DNA from: Myxococcota bacterium
GTDB lineage: Bacteria; Myxococcota_A; UBA9160; UBA6930
Length of the DNA stretch: 64,000 bases
Assembly: GCA_965223705.1 (NCBI GenBank)
Contig: OZ245015.1
Location: 4,000,001-4,064,000, forward strand
Reading direction: 5' to 3'
Part shown: piece by piece, positions 29,641 to 38,788 of the stretch
Position numbering within the stretch: the first letter of the stretch is position 1
Layout of the letters: every line of letters starts with the position of its first letter
Notes under the pieces: generated by a model
Databases searched by the model: none
Seen by the model: only the letters and a program-made list of their open reading frames with translations
Told to the model about the DNA's origin: nothing
Program-made: the position numbers and the translations under genes

Positions 29641-30123
29641 ATGGCTCGAAAGATCGTTGATGATGCGATCCACGATCTCGATCGCGGTGACCTTCCGGCC
29701 TGGATCACCGAGCACCTCTCCGCTTACCGCGCCAGTGGGGGACGCGAGGGCCACCACTGGGATGCGACTGCCGTTGGCGGCAGCTCCGACGTCCCGTGCT
29801 TGCTGCTCACCGTGCGCGGCCGACGCTCTGGGAACACCTACACGCATCCCCTGGTTTACGCCCAAGACGGCGAGCGCTTCGTCGTCGTCGGCTCCAAAGG
29901 CGGAGCCGACACGAATCCGCAGTGGGTACACAACTTGCTCGCCGAGCCCTCCGTCGAGGTTCAGGTCGGTGCCGACACCTTCGCGGGCCGCGCGACGCGG
30001 GCTGAGGGGCGCGAACGCGAACGCCTGTGGCCCATCGTGACTGCCGTGTTTCCGCCCTACGACGACTATCAGGCCCGTACCCGTCGCGAAATCCCGTTGT
30101 TCGTCATCGAACGCACCGATTAG
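29641..30123 (+). CDS. Deazaflavin-dependent nitroreductase (Ddn/FDOR-A) family protein
   Basis: LLLTVRGRRSG, SKGGAD.NPQWVHNL, YQARTRREIP. Confidence 0.9.
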   Translation: MARKIVDDAIHDLDRGDLPAWITEHLSAYRASGGREGHHWDATAVGGSSDVPCLLLTVRGRRSGNTYTHPLVYAQDGERFVVVGSKGGADTNPQWVHNLLAEPSVEVQVGADTFAGRATRAEGRERERLWPIVTAVFPPYDDYQARTRREIPLFVIERTD

Positions 30124-30155
30124 CGGCGGATCGCGTCCGAGCGAGCGAGGAGATC

Positions 30156-30497
30156 ATGGTCAAACTCACTATCTGTGCGCGCCGGCGCGACGACCTCACA
30201 CACGAACAGTTCGATACCTATTGGCGCGACCAGCACGGTCCGTTGATCCGCGCGACGACCGAGTTCTCGCGGCATGTCCGCAGTTACGTGCAGTGCCACG
30301 GGGTCGACAGTGCCGGTGCATTCGGCGCCGAAAGCGACTGGGACGGCATCGCAGAGCTCTGGTTCGACGACGTGGAAGCGATGCAACGCGCTTTCGCCGA
30401 GCCGCGCTACCTCGAGGTGATTCGGCCCGACGAGCTGAAGTTCGTCGATCTCGAAGCTTGCGTGTCTTATCTATCCGAGGAACTGAAGGTCATCTGA
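30156..30497 (+). CDS. EthD-domain protein
   Basis: RR.DLTHEQF..YW...HG, YVQ.H, DGIAELWFD, IRPDE.KF.D; GAGGAG RBS. Confidence 0.88.
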   Translation: MVKLTICARRRDDLTHEQFDTYWRDQHGPLIRATTEFSRHVRSYVQCHGVDSAGAFGAESDWDGIAELWFDDVEAMQRAFAEPRYLEVIRPDELKFVDLEACVSYLSEELKVI

Positions 30498-30718
30498 TCG
30501 CGGTCTATGTGGCGTGGGGGACTGGGCCGCGAGGGCCGCAACGCCGACGCCCGTGAGGCTTAGGCGGGTGCCACCGAACCGATGAGCGCGGTAACGCACG
30601 CGAGTGTATCTGCGGTCGACGAATTTCCGCGTCGTTTGATCGCTGTGCGTCCGATTTTGGTACGCTCGGGCGAGGCGGCCGGTCGCCGCCGTCCTGCTTA
30701 ATTTGACATGGAGCAATC

Positions 30719-32425
30719 ATGTACGACTTGGTGATCCGAGACGGAACGGTGATCGATGGTTCAGGGATGCCGCGCTTCCAGGGTGACATCGGGATCGTGC
30801 ACGGGCGGATCGCGACGATCGGGAGGATTCGCGCCGCGGCGAGGCAAGTGATCGACGCCGAGGGACACGTCGTCGCACCGGGGTTCATCGACGGGCACAC
30901 CCACATGGATGCCCAAGTTTCGTGGGACCCCCTCGGCACTTGCTCGTGTTGGCACGGAGTCACAAGTGTGGTGATGGGCAACTGCGGTTTTACCTTGGCT
31001 CCATGCAAGCCGAACGAGAAGCACCTCGTCATGGCGAATCTCGAGCGTGCCGAGGATATCTCGCCCGAGGCCATGAACGCGGGGATCGATTGGACCTGGG
31101 AAACCTTCCCGGAGTACCTCGACACGCTCGACAACCTTCCGAAGGGCATCAACTACGGCGGCTACGTGGGCCATTCGGCGCTGCGAACGTACGCGATGGG
31201 GGAGCGCTCGTTTACCGATGAAGCTACCGAAGACGACCTGGCGATCATGCGGCGTGAACTGCGCGATGGACTTCGCGCGGGAGCGCTCGGCTTCACGACC
31301 TCTCGGACGCGGAACCACCAGACGCCCGACGGGCGCCCGGTATCGAGCCGTGTCGCGTCCTGGGACGAAGTGCGAAATCTGGTGGGCGTCATGGGGGACG
31401 CCGGCGCGGGGATCTTCGAGATTGCCGGGGAGGATACGGGTCTCGACCCTGAGCGAATTCAGGACTACCTCGACCGTTTGAGTGCGCTCGCTGTCGATAC
31501 GGGTGTCCCGGTGACGTGGGGCATGTTCAGCACGCGCAAGGCTCCCGACTACTGGCGCCCTTACATGGAACTTCTCGATGAGACTGCGGCGCGTGGCGGG
31601 CGGATGTTTGCGCAGGTTCACAGCCGTTCACTCAATGTGCTGCTCTCCTTTGAGACGAGAATGCCCTTCGACAAATACCCCGTCTGGAGGGAGGTGCGCG
31701 CACGATCTCTGGGCGAGCAGCAAGCCGCCCTCCGGGATCCGGAGCTGCGAAAGAAGCTGGTGGAGGCCGCAAGAACAACGCACGGGGCGCGGGCGGTTGG
31801 AGCCGAAGCGCGGCGCCCCGACTATGACTGGACGTTTGTGCTCGAGAAGATCGAGGGGCCACACCGCTCTCTCAACGACATCGCTCGCGAGCGTGGGGTT
31901 GACCCCGTCGAAGCCATGATCGATCTGGCGCTGGAGAAAAACTTGAAACAGTTCTTCCTCCAGCCCCTGGCCAACGAAGACCAGAACCACGTACTCGAGA
32001 TGATGCAGCACCCGCGCTCCGTGGTGACCTTCTCGGATTCAGGGGCACACGTTTCGCAAATCATGGACTCGTCGCTGCAGACCCACCTTCTCAGCCACTG
32101 GGTGCGCGAGAGGGAGGCGATGACTCTCGAGGAAGCCGTACGTCAGCTCACGTTGGTGCCGGCGACTCAGTGGGGATTCGGGGACCGCGGCCTACTGCGA
32201 GAAGGCCTGGCTGCGGATGTCGTCGTTTTCGATCCCACGAGGATCGCGCCACGAATGCCAGTCGTCGACACGGATCTCCCCGGGGGCGCGAAGCGTCTCA
32301 AGCAAGGTGCCGACGGAATTGCAGCGTCTGTCGTCAACGGTGAAGTCGTACTGCGCCACGGCGAGCACACGGGGGCCTACCCGGGACAACTGCTTCGGGG
32401 TCCGCTTGCGCGTGCTGCGCTGTAG
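30719..32425 (+). CDS. N-acyl-D-amino-acid deacylase family amidohydrolase
   Basis: VAPGFIDGHTHMD, HGVTSVVMGNCG, SDSGAH, DRGLL.EG..AD.VVFD. Confidence 0.9.
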   Translation: MYDLVIRDGTVIDGSGMPRFQGDIGIVHGRIATIGRIRAAARQVIDAEGHVVAPGFIDGHTHMDAQVSWDPLGTCSCWHGVTSVVMGNCGFTLAPCKPNEKHLVMANLERAEDISPEAMNAGIDWTWETFPEYLDTLDNLPKGINYGGYVGHSALRTYAMGERSFTDEATEDDLAIMRRELRDGLRAGALGFTTSRTRNHQTPDGRPVSSRVASWDEVRNLVGVMGDAGAGIFEIAGEDTGLDPERIQDYLDRLSALAVDTGVPVTWGMFSTRKAPDYWRPYMELLDETAARGGRMFAQVHSRSLNVLLSFETRMPFDKYPVWREVRARSLGEQQAALRDPELRKKLVEAARTTHGARAVGAEARRPDYDWTFVLEKIEGPHRSLNDIARERGVDPVEAMIDLALEKNLKQFFLQPLANEDQNHVLEMMQHPRSVVTFSDSGAHVSQIMDSSLQTHLLSHWVREREAMTLEEAVRQLTLVPATQWGFGDRGLLREGLAADVVVFDPTRIAPRMPVVDTDLPGGAKRLKQGADGIAASVVNGEVVLRHGEHTGAYPGQLLRGPLARAAL

Positions 32426-32481
32426 GTGAGATAGAAGAGCGCTGGCGGATGATCCGCTGTGCGTCAACAGCGGAGGCGGAG

Positions 32482-32772
32482 ATGGCTTGCCAAGTGCTTT
32501 TGGAAGCAACAATCAAAGACGGGTGTCACGACAAATTGCGCCAGAGGTTTGTCGAGTTGTTACCGGCCACTCGTGCGTACGAGGGAATCAACTCCATCTA
32601 CATCACCAAGGATCAAGACAATCCGTCGCAAATCGTCATCGTCGAGCTCTGGGAAAGCCGTGCGCACTACGAGAACTATCTCGATTGGAGAACTGAGACC
32701 GGCGTCATGGATGAGTTGGCAACCATGATGGAAAACCCGACCTGGCGCTTTCTCGACAACTGGGGCGTGTGA
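32482..32772 (+). CDS. Antibiotic biosynthesis monooxygenase (ABM) family protein
   Basis: LP.TRAYEG, E.WESR.HYE.YL.WR.ETG; GGAGG RBS. Confidence 0.85.
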   Translation: MACQVLLEATIKDGCHDKLRQRFVELLPATRAYEGINSIYITKDQDNPSQIVIVELWESRAHYENYLDWRTETGVMDELATMMENPTWRFLDNWGV

Positions 32773-33212
32773 TTCGAATCGTATGAGCATTTCGCCGAAC
32801 GGGGTCCTGCGCTGCCAGCTGGCACCACTCGCTCACCGACTCGAGCCGCTCGACCGCCGATAGGAACCGTTCCGCGGGCTCTGGAAGCGGGCGAGTCGAC
32901 GCCGCCTCGGAACTTCAGCAATCGAAACACCCCGGACGTCCGCCCTCGCAGCTGACTCAGCGGTCTCCGTCACGAACTCTCCTGACCGACAGCGTCCCGT
33001 GCCCGGCCCCACGGGAATGGCGAAGTGCGATGCAGATGACACCCCTTGGGGATCCTTCAGCCTCGCCAACGGTCCCCTTCGATCGCCTGCAAGGAGGCCC
33101 AACCCTCCCTCACGGAGGGCCCCACCCGTACGCGAGGTAAGGACACATTCCGTTGGGTGATCGCGCTCGACCTTCGACGGTGACATCTAAGTATCTGAAT
33201 GCGCGAGGGAAC

Positions 33213-33242
33213 TTGACAGTCCGCGAAGTGACGTGAAAGGAT
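33213..33242 (+). promoter_or_regulatory. Putative sigma70-type promoter of the asnB-like operon
   Basis: Perfect TTGACA at 33213-33218, 18-nt spacer, weak -10 AAGGAT, ATG 9 nt later. Confidence 0.4.
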
Positions 33243-33251
33243 TCTCGCGGC

Positions 33252-35249
33252 ATGTGCGGTATCGCCGGACTCCTCCGAAGAAGCGAAAGACCGCTTCCGC
33301 ATCCCCAGACCCTGCGTCGGATGGTGGCCGCCCTAGGTCACCGCGGCCCGGACGATGCAGGCGAGTTTCTGCACGATGACGTTCAACTCGGGATGGTGCG
33401 GTTGGCCGTTGTCGATCTCAAGAACGGCCAGCAGCCTCTCCTCGGCTGCGACGACCGGACGGCCTGTGTCTTCAACGGTGAGATCTACAACCACCACGAC
33501 TTGCGACGAGAACTGAGAGTCGATCACCACAGACTCGCGAACGAATCCGATGGGGTCGTCATCCCCCACCTCTACGAGAATCACGATTCTGCGATGCTCG
33601 AAAAGCTTCGCGGCATGTTTGCCCTCGCCGTGTGGGATGCACGCAACCGTCGACTGCTTCTCGCGCGGGATCGCCTCGGGATCAAACCTCTTTACTGGGC
33701 GGTGACGCGGGACTTCTTCCTCTTTGCCTCTGAGGTCAAGGCCCTTTTCGCTTCCGAGCTGATTGACCGAGCGTTGGATCCGCAGGGCATCGACGATCTC
33801 TTTTCCCTCTCCTACCCGTGCCCTCCTCGAAGCCTCTTTCGAGGTGTTCAACAACTCCTACCCGCCCATTGGCTCAGCGTGCGCGCGGGAGAAGCCGAGC
33901 TCGATATCCAGCGCTACTGGCGAGCGCCCTTCGTTCCCAAGGGAGAGCACCGGCGCATCTCGCGGCGCGATGCAGAGGAGGAATTCCGAGAGCTGTTGCG
34001 TCGCAAGGTATATGACCACCTCCAGGCTGACGTTCCGGTGGCCACGTACCTGTCGGGAGGTCTCGACTCTTCAACGATTGCGGCGCTCGTGAAGGACGTG
34101 ACCGGAGATCCCCCGACTGCTTTGACGATCGGTTTTGCGTCCGAGCAACACGACGAGCGCGAGTTCGCGAAGCTCGCCGCCGATTCCCTCGGCTGTCCCT
34201 CACATACCGTGGTGTGCGATGAGACGACGCCACATCATTTTCCCACAGCCTTATGGCACACGGAGTTGCCACTGCAATTCCCGTTGGCGCTCCCATTGTC
34301 GCTACTTGCGAGCAGAGCACGCGCCGAAGGTTTCCCGGTTGTGCTCACGGGAGAGGGAGCGGACGAGCTACTGGGCGGGTACGACTGCTTTCGGGCGGAC
34401 AAGATGCGCCGGCTCTTCAATCGTCCGGGGCTTCGCTCGCTCCGGGCTCGTGCGTACCGTCAGCTCTACAAGTGGCACGGGTTTCCCGAAGGCACCGTCG
34501 AGCTCATGCTCTCCAACCAAGCGCGCCCGGAGGGCGAGATCGAAGATGCCTTCGGTGGTGTCTTTCCGCCGTGGTTCGACGTGTGGAGCACCTTCGCGTA
34601 CGGCTTCGACCGGAATCTTCTGTTGTCGGCCGACGGGCGCGATGTCAGGGCGATCGACCAGGCGCCGGAGGGTTTCTCGGCGCTGGTCCGAGACGATCAC
34701 CGGTCCCTCCATCCCTTAGACGCCGGTCTCGCCCTTGAGATCGAGACCCGCCTACCCGCTTGGATCTTGCTCATCGGAGATCGAGCCTCGATGGCGGCAG
34801 GCGTCGAGGCCAGGGTTCCCTTCCTCGATCACGAGATCGTGGAGTTTCTCGCGCCCCTCCACCCGAGCCTCAAGATGAAAGGCTTCTCGGATAAGTCCCT
34901 TCTGCGCGGAGCGATGAAAGGAATCCTTCCGGAAAAGCTTCGCCGTCGACCGAAGCGACCGTTCTACACGCCCTTGGCGGAGTGGTTCTTCCAGGACGGT
35001 GCTCCCGAATACGTGGACGACGCCCTTGGAGAAGCAGCGCTTCGACGGGCCGGCGTCTTCGCCCCTGAAGTCGTGAAGCGGATGCGAGAAGAAATTCGGT
35101 CCGTTCCAACGCATACCCTGCGCCGCGTGCAGCTCGAATGGAATCTGGTACTGGTGCTGGGAACTCAGCTTATTCACGAAATGTTCATCTCCGACTTTCG
35201 GCCTACGGGCCCACCTGCCGGAGCGGCTGCGTCCATTGTGAGCGTGTGA
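33252..35249 (+). CDS. asnB: Asparagine synthase (glutamine-hydrolysing)-like amidotransferase
   Basis: N-terminal MCGIAG (Ntn Cys), NGEIYN, RDRLGIKPL, LSGGLDS, LTGEGADE..GGY, EARVPFLD. Confidence 0.9.
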   Translation: MCGIAGLLRRSERPLPHPQTLRRMVAALGHRGPDDAGEFLHDDVQLGMVRLAVVDLKNGQQPLLGCDDRTACVFNGEIYNHHDLRRELRVDHHRLANESDGVVIPHLYENHDSAMLEKLRGMFALAVWDARNRRLLLARDRLGIKPLYWAVTRDFFLFASEVKALFASELIDRALDPQGIDDLFSLSYPCPPRSLFRGVQQLLPAHWLSVRAGEAELDIQRYWRAPFVPKGEHRRISRRDAEEEFRELLRRKVYDHLQADVPVATYLSGGLDSSTIAALVKDVTGDPPTALTIGFASEQHDEREFAKLAADSLGCPSHTVVCDETTPHHFPTALWHTELPLQFPLALPLSLLASRARAEGFPVVLTGEGADELLGGYDCFRADKMRRLFNRPGLRSLRARAYRQLYKWHGFPEGTVELMLSNQARPEGEIEDAFGGVFPPWFDVWSTFAYGFDRNLLLSADGRDVRAIDQAPEGFSALVRDDHRSLHPLDAGLALEIETRLPAWILLIGDRASMAAGVEARVPFLDHEIVEFLAPLHPSLKMKGFSDKSLLRGAMKGILPEKLRRRPKRPFYTPLAEWFFQDGAPEYVDDALGEAALRRAGVFAPEVVKRMREEIRSVPTHTLRRVQLEWNLVLVLGTQLIHEMFISDFRPTGPPAGAAASIVSV

Positions 35250-37831
35250 AGGTGGCCAACCGCTTTATCGCTCTGCCGGTAGGACGACCGGGGCTCACCC
35301 TCCTCGCGACGGCACTCTGGACGGTGTTGATGGTGGCGGGCCTTCCCCAACTGCGGATCGATTCTTCGATCGAGTCGATGATCGTGGAGAACGACCCGGA
35401 ACATGCCGCCTTCGAGAGCAAGAAGCAGATTTTCGGATCGGACGAGATCCTCTCGGTCGCGATCCCCTTCGGCGATGCCCTCGGCGCGGAAGCGCTCTCG
35501 CTACTGCGACGGATAACCACGCGTTTGGAAAAACTGCAAGGCGTCGACGGAGTCGACAGCGTCGCCAACGTAGACGACATCATCGGCCATGCCGACGAGC
35601 TCCGGGTCGAGCCACTCGTAGCGCGCGGCATCGATCCCGCGATGCTCGACGCCCAATCCGTTGAAGAAATTCGCAAGCGCGTGGACGCCAACGCGCCCTG
35701 GACGGGCTTCCTCATTTCCAAGGATCGTCGGACGGCCGCCCTGCAGGTCACCTTGAGCGCGAGCCACGGTAGCGACGCCGAGCGTCAGGCGGTCATCGCG
35801 GCCATCGACGCGATCCTCAGCGAGGAGCTCGGGAGCCGGGCCTACCACCTCGCGGGGCACCCCTTCATGAAGTCCGAGATAGGCCGCACCATCCAGCGCG
35901 ATCTCGGAATCTTCTTGCCGGTCACGATCCTCGTGATATCGGCATTGGCACTTCTCGTAACCGGGTCGCGCCAAATCGTGGCCCTGACGCTGGGCGGCGC
36001 CTTGCTTGCAGTCGTTTGGATGCTCGGCGGAATGGGATGGCTGGGCCTTCCCCTCACCGCAGTGTCCAACACCGCGCCGACCATCCTCCTCGCCCTCGCC
36101 ACGGCCTACCTCATGCACGTCGGTGCCGTCTACGAGCGAGAGTGGGATGAACGGTCCCCGGAAGCGAGTTTGCACCGGGCGTTTTCCCATAGCCGGCGAC
36201 CGCTTGTCCTTGCCGGGGCCACGACGGCCGTGGGCTTCGGTTCGCTGTGGTTCTCGCAAGTGCCCTTCATCCGGAGCTTCGGGTTGGTGCTGTCCGTGGG
36301 AATGGTTGGAATCGTAGTGATCGGCACGGTCTGTTTGCCCGCAGCACTCGCCTGGAAGAGACCCGCCGTGAGGCAGCGCAGCGCTTTCAGCTCCAGTCGA
36401 AGGCTCGGAATCGCACTCTTCCGAATCGCGCAGATCACCGCCAGGAAGCCCGTCGCCGTGCTCGTCTCTACCGGCTTGATCCTGCTGCTGTCGATCATTG
36501 GCGCGTTGCACCTCGAAATCGACTCGAGCGGACCGAATAAATTTTCCGAAGGTTCCCGCTTCCGGGTGTCCTCGGAATTCTACCGCTCCCAGCTCTCTGG
36601 GGACGTCGTTGAAAATGTCTACCTACAAGGCCCGCCTGGCGCATTCAAGGAGCCGGAAGTTCTACGACGAGTGCAGCGTCTCCAAGAAGACCTCGAGAAT
36701 CTGCCCGAGATCGACGCGTCCCTGTCCATTGCCGACTACATCCCGCTGATGAATCGCGCTTGGCACGAGAACGATCCCGCTCACGAACGCATCCCCGACA
36801 GTCGCGGTGCCGTGGCCCAGTATCTCCTGCTGTACTCCATGTCGGGAGACTCGGCTGCTTTCGATGACCTTGTAGATCTGCACTACGGGGAGGCGCGCAT
36901 TCTGCTGAAGGCGACGGTCACATCCAGTCGCGCGAGCGCCGATCTTCGGGAGCGTATCACCGAGCTGGCGCGACTGTATTTTTCGGATCCCGAGTGGCCG
37001 CCCGCCGTGCTGAGTACCGAGATCTCGTTGTCTCGAGCGGCCGACACCCTGTCCAGGGAACAGACTCGCGGTTTCACCGGAGCTTTTGCGTTCATCCTCC
37101 TCGCAGTCGGGGTCGGCTTCCGATCTTTCTCCGCCAGCAAACTGATGGCCGTGCCAAACGGGGCACCGATTCTCTTGAACCTCGGTGTGATGGGAATCCT
37201 CGGCATCCCCCTCAACGAGACCACTTCGGTGATCTCCGCGGTCGCCATCGGGATAGCCGTCGATAGCACCGTTCATCTGCTCGCGTCGGCTCGTCGTCTT
37301 GAGCGCGAGCACGGTTCCCCGTCGGCGGGAATCGTGGCGGCGATCCTCACCACCGGCCGCCCGGTCATCGTGACCGGCATTGTCGTGGTCGCGGGATTCT
37401 CCCTACTCGTCTTGTCCAGTTTTCGCTCCGTGGTCGAACTCGGCGTGCTGACGGCCGCCACCATGGTCTATTGCCTGATCGCCGACCTGTTCATCCTCCC
37501 CGCCCAGCTCTTTGCGGGGGCTCGCTGGCGTTCGGGCTCGCTCTGTGGGAGCAGCATTGTGCTAGCGGACAATGGGAGCTTCGCGACAGCGCTCGATCTC
37601 GAAGCCGTGGGTGCGAACGAATACTGCGCGCGACCTCTCGGGCCACTATCTCCTGATTTTGGAGACCGCGATCTGGTTCTGGAAGGTCTGTTGGACGCGC
37701 GGCACCAGCGCGGGCGCTTGGAGAAAGACGCTCTGTCGGGTGAGTTTCGTTTGAGGCTCCTACCGGAGCTCGAGACCGAAAGCGCTGATACTTCTGCAAC
37801 CCCTGTGACCCGTTCTGTGGGAAAGTCGTAG
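35246..37831 (+). CDS. MMPL/RND-superfamily transporter with a short C-terminal extension
   Basis: Two periplasmic loop + TM-bundle halves; TTAVGFGSL, GIAVDSTVH, TGRPV; GTGA overlap with the asnB stop. Confidence 0.88.
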   Translation: MKVANRFIALPVGRPGLTLLATALWTVLMVAGLPQLRIDSSIESMIVENDPEHAAFESKKQIFGSDEILSVAIPFGDALGAEALSLLRRITTRLEKLQGVDGVDSVANVDDIIGHADELRVEPLVARGIDPAMLDAQSVEEIRKRVDANAPWTGFLISKDRRTAALQVTLSASHGSDAERQAVIAAIDAILSEELGSRAYHLAGHPFMKSEIGRTIQRDLGIFLPVTILVISALALLVTGSRQIVALTLGGALLAVVWMLGGMGWLGLPLTAVSNTAPTILLALATAYLMHVGAVYEREWDERSPEASLHRAFSHSRRPLVLAGATTAVGFGSLWFSQVPFIRSFGLVLSVGMVGIVVIGTVCLPAALAWKRPAVRQRSAFSSSRRLGIALFRIAQITARKPVAVLVSTGLILLLSIIGALHLEIDSSGPNKFSEGSRFRVSSEFYRSQLSGDVVENVYLQGPPGAFKEPEVLRRVQRLQEDLENLPEIDASLSIADYIPLMNRAWHENDPAHERIPDSRGAVAQYLLLYSMSGDSAAFDDLVDLHYGEARILLKATVTSSRASADLRERITELARLYFSDPEWPPAVLSTEISLSRAADTLSREQTRGFTGAFAFILLAVGVGFRSFSASKLMAVPNGAPILLNLGVMGILGIPLNETTSVISAVAIGIAVDSTVHLLASARRLEREHGSPSAGIVAAILTTGRPVIVTGIVVVAGFSLLVLSSFRSVVELGVLTAATMVYCLIADLFILPAQLFAGARWRSGSLCGSSIVLADNGSFATALDLEAVGANEYCARPLGPLSPDFGDRDLVLEGLLDARHQRGRLEKDALSGEFRLRLLPELETESADTSATPVTRSVGKS

Positions 37832-37839
37832 GAGAGATC

Positions 37840-38484
37840 GTGGCGAGTACGTTGGCGGAATTGATGAGGGGATCACCGCAGAAGGTCTTGTCCTACGGTG
37901 GTTTCCAGTGTCGGCACGCGGAGAGCGAGGGAGAACTCGAAGACGCGTACCGTCTGAGACATCGCGTGTTCTCCGAGGCGGGCTACATCGAAGCCGCGGC
38001 TTTCCCAGACGGGCGATTCCGCGACGCGTTTGACGATGTATCAGCGCAGCTGCTTGTATTCGGCCCTGGAGACGAGTTGGTCGGCTCGACTCGCTTCGTC
38101 CTGCCCTCCGAACGAGGTTACGTGACGGAGCAACTGTTCAACATTGAACCCCCGCCCATCAACCGCCAACGGCTGGGTGAGTTCGGCCGCCTGGCTATCG
38201 ACTCTCGGTACCGGGGCGGCGAGCGCATACCGATGTTGGGCCTCCTGACGATGGTTTACTGGTGCATGCGCGAGAATCAGATCGAGTGGGTATACGCGTT
38301 TCTTCCGCCACGCCTGATCGACTCGTACGCGGCGCTGGGCTGTGTGTCGCGCCCACTCAAGGAACGCGAAGCAACAGCCGAGTTCCTCGAGCGACGCAAC
38401 CCGATGCGCAGCTACTTCGCCAAGCAGGAGATCCGCCCCGTGCTGTTCGAACTTTCCCAGATGCTGCGGGAGATCGGGGTCTAG
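37840..38484 (+). CDS. N-acyl amino acid synthase (FeeM/LuxI-like GNAT-fold) acyltransferase
   Basis: AYRLRHRVF.E.GY, D.FD..S, VGSTR.V, EFGRLAI...YR motifs of the FeeM/ExoAS/AHL-synthase fold; AGGAG RBS. Confidence 0.75.
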   Translation: MASTLAELMRGSPQKVLSYGGFQCRHAESEGELEDAYRLRHRVFSEAGYIEAAAFPDGRFRDAFDDVSAQLLVFGPGDELVGSTRFVLPSERGYVTEQLFNIEPPPINRQRLGEFGRLAIDSRYRGGERIPMLGLLTMVYWCMRENQIEWVYAFLPPRLIDSYAALGCVSRPLKEREATAEFLERRNPMRSYFAKQEIRPVLFELSQMLREIGV

Positions 38485-38499
38485 GGGTGTCAACAGCCC

Positions 38500-38718
38500 G
38501 TGCGGGCAGGACCGATCGCTCCCGCGATCTACGGCCTCAACGAATCTGACTCGATGATCCGCCCCTCCGTCACGTGGAACGTGTCAGACGCCGTCTCTTT
38601 CATCGTGGGGGCGGATTTGTTTACCGGGGGGCTCTTCGGTCAGTACGCAAACGACCGGGACTGCCCGCGGGTAGGGTCCATCGGATTTTTCTACGCCTTC
38701 GCTTCGAGACGCATCTAG
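38500..38718 (+). pseudogene. C-terminal remnant of an outer-membrane beta-barrel protein (DUF1302-like)
   Basis: IRPSVTWNVSD......GADLF.GG.FGQY..D is the C-terminal strand pattern of barrels usually encoded next to MMPL exporters; no N-terminus or signal peptide present. Confidence 0.5.
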
Positions 38719-38788
38719 GCAGCTAAACGCCGGAGCGCCTTTCGAAGCCACCTTGAGTGACCGTGCCGGGTTGCCGAATGGACGCTTC

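Noticed and set aside
30719..32425. Amidohydrolase as the signal-degrading enzyme of the N-acyl amide locus
   Set aside because: This family is commonly multi-copy in such genomes, and the gene is separated from the locus by an ABM gene and about 480 bp; only proximity supports the link.
33252..35249. Lasso peptide cyclase / RiPP cluster
   Set aside because: The protein keeps a full Ntn glutaminase domain (MCGIAG), and no B1/B2 protein or precursor peptide is visible.
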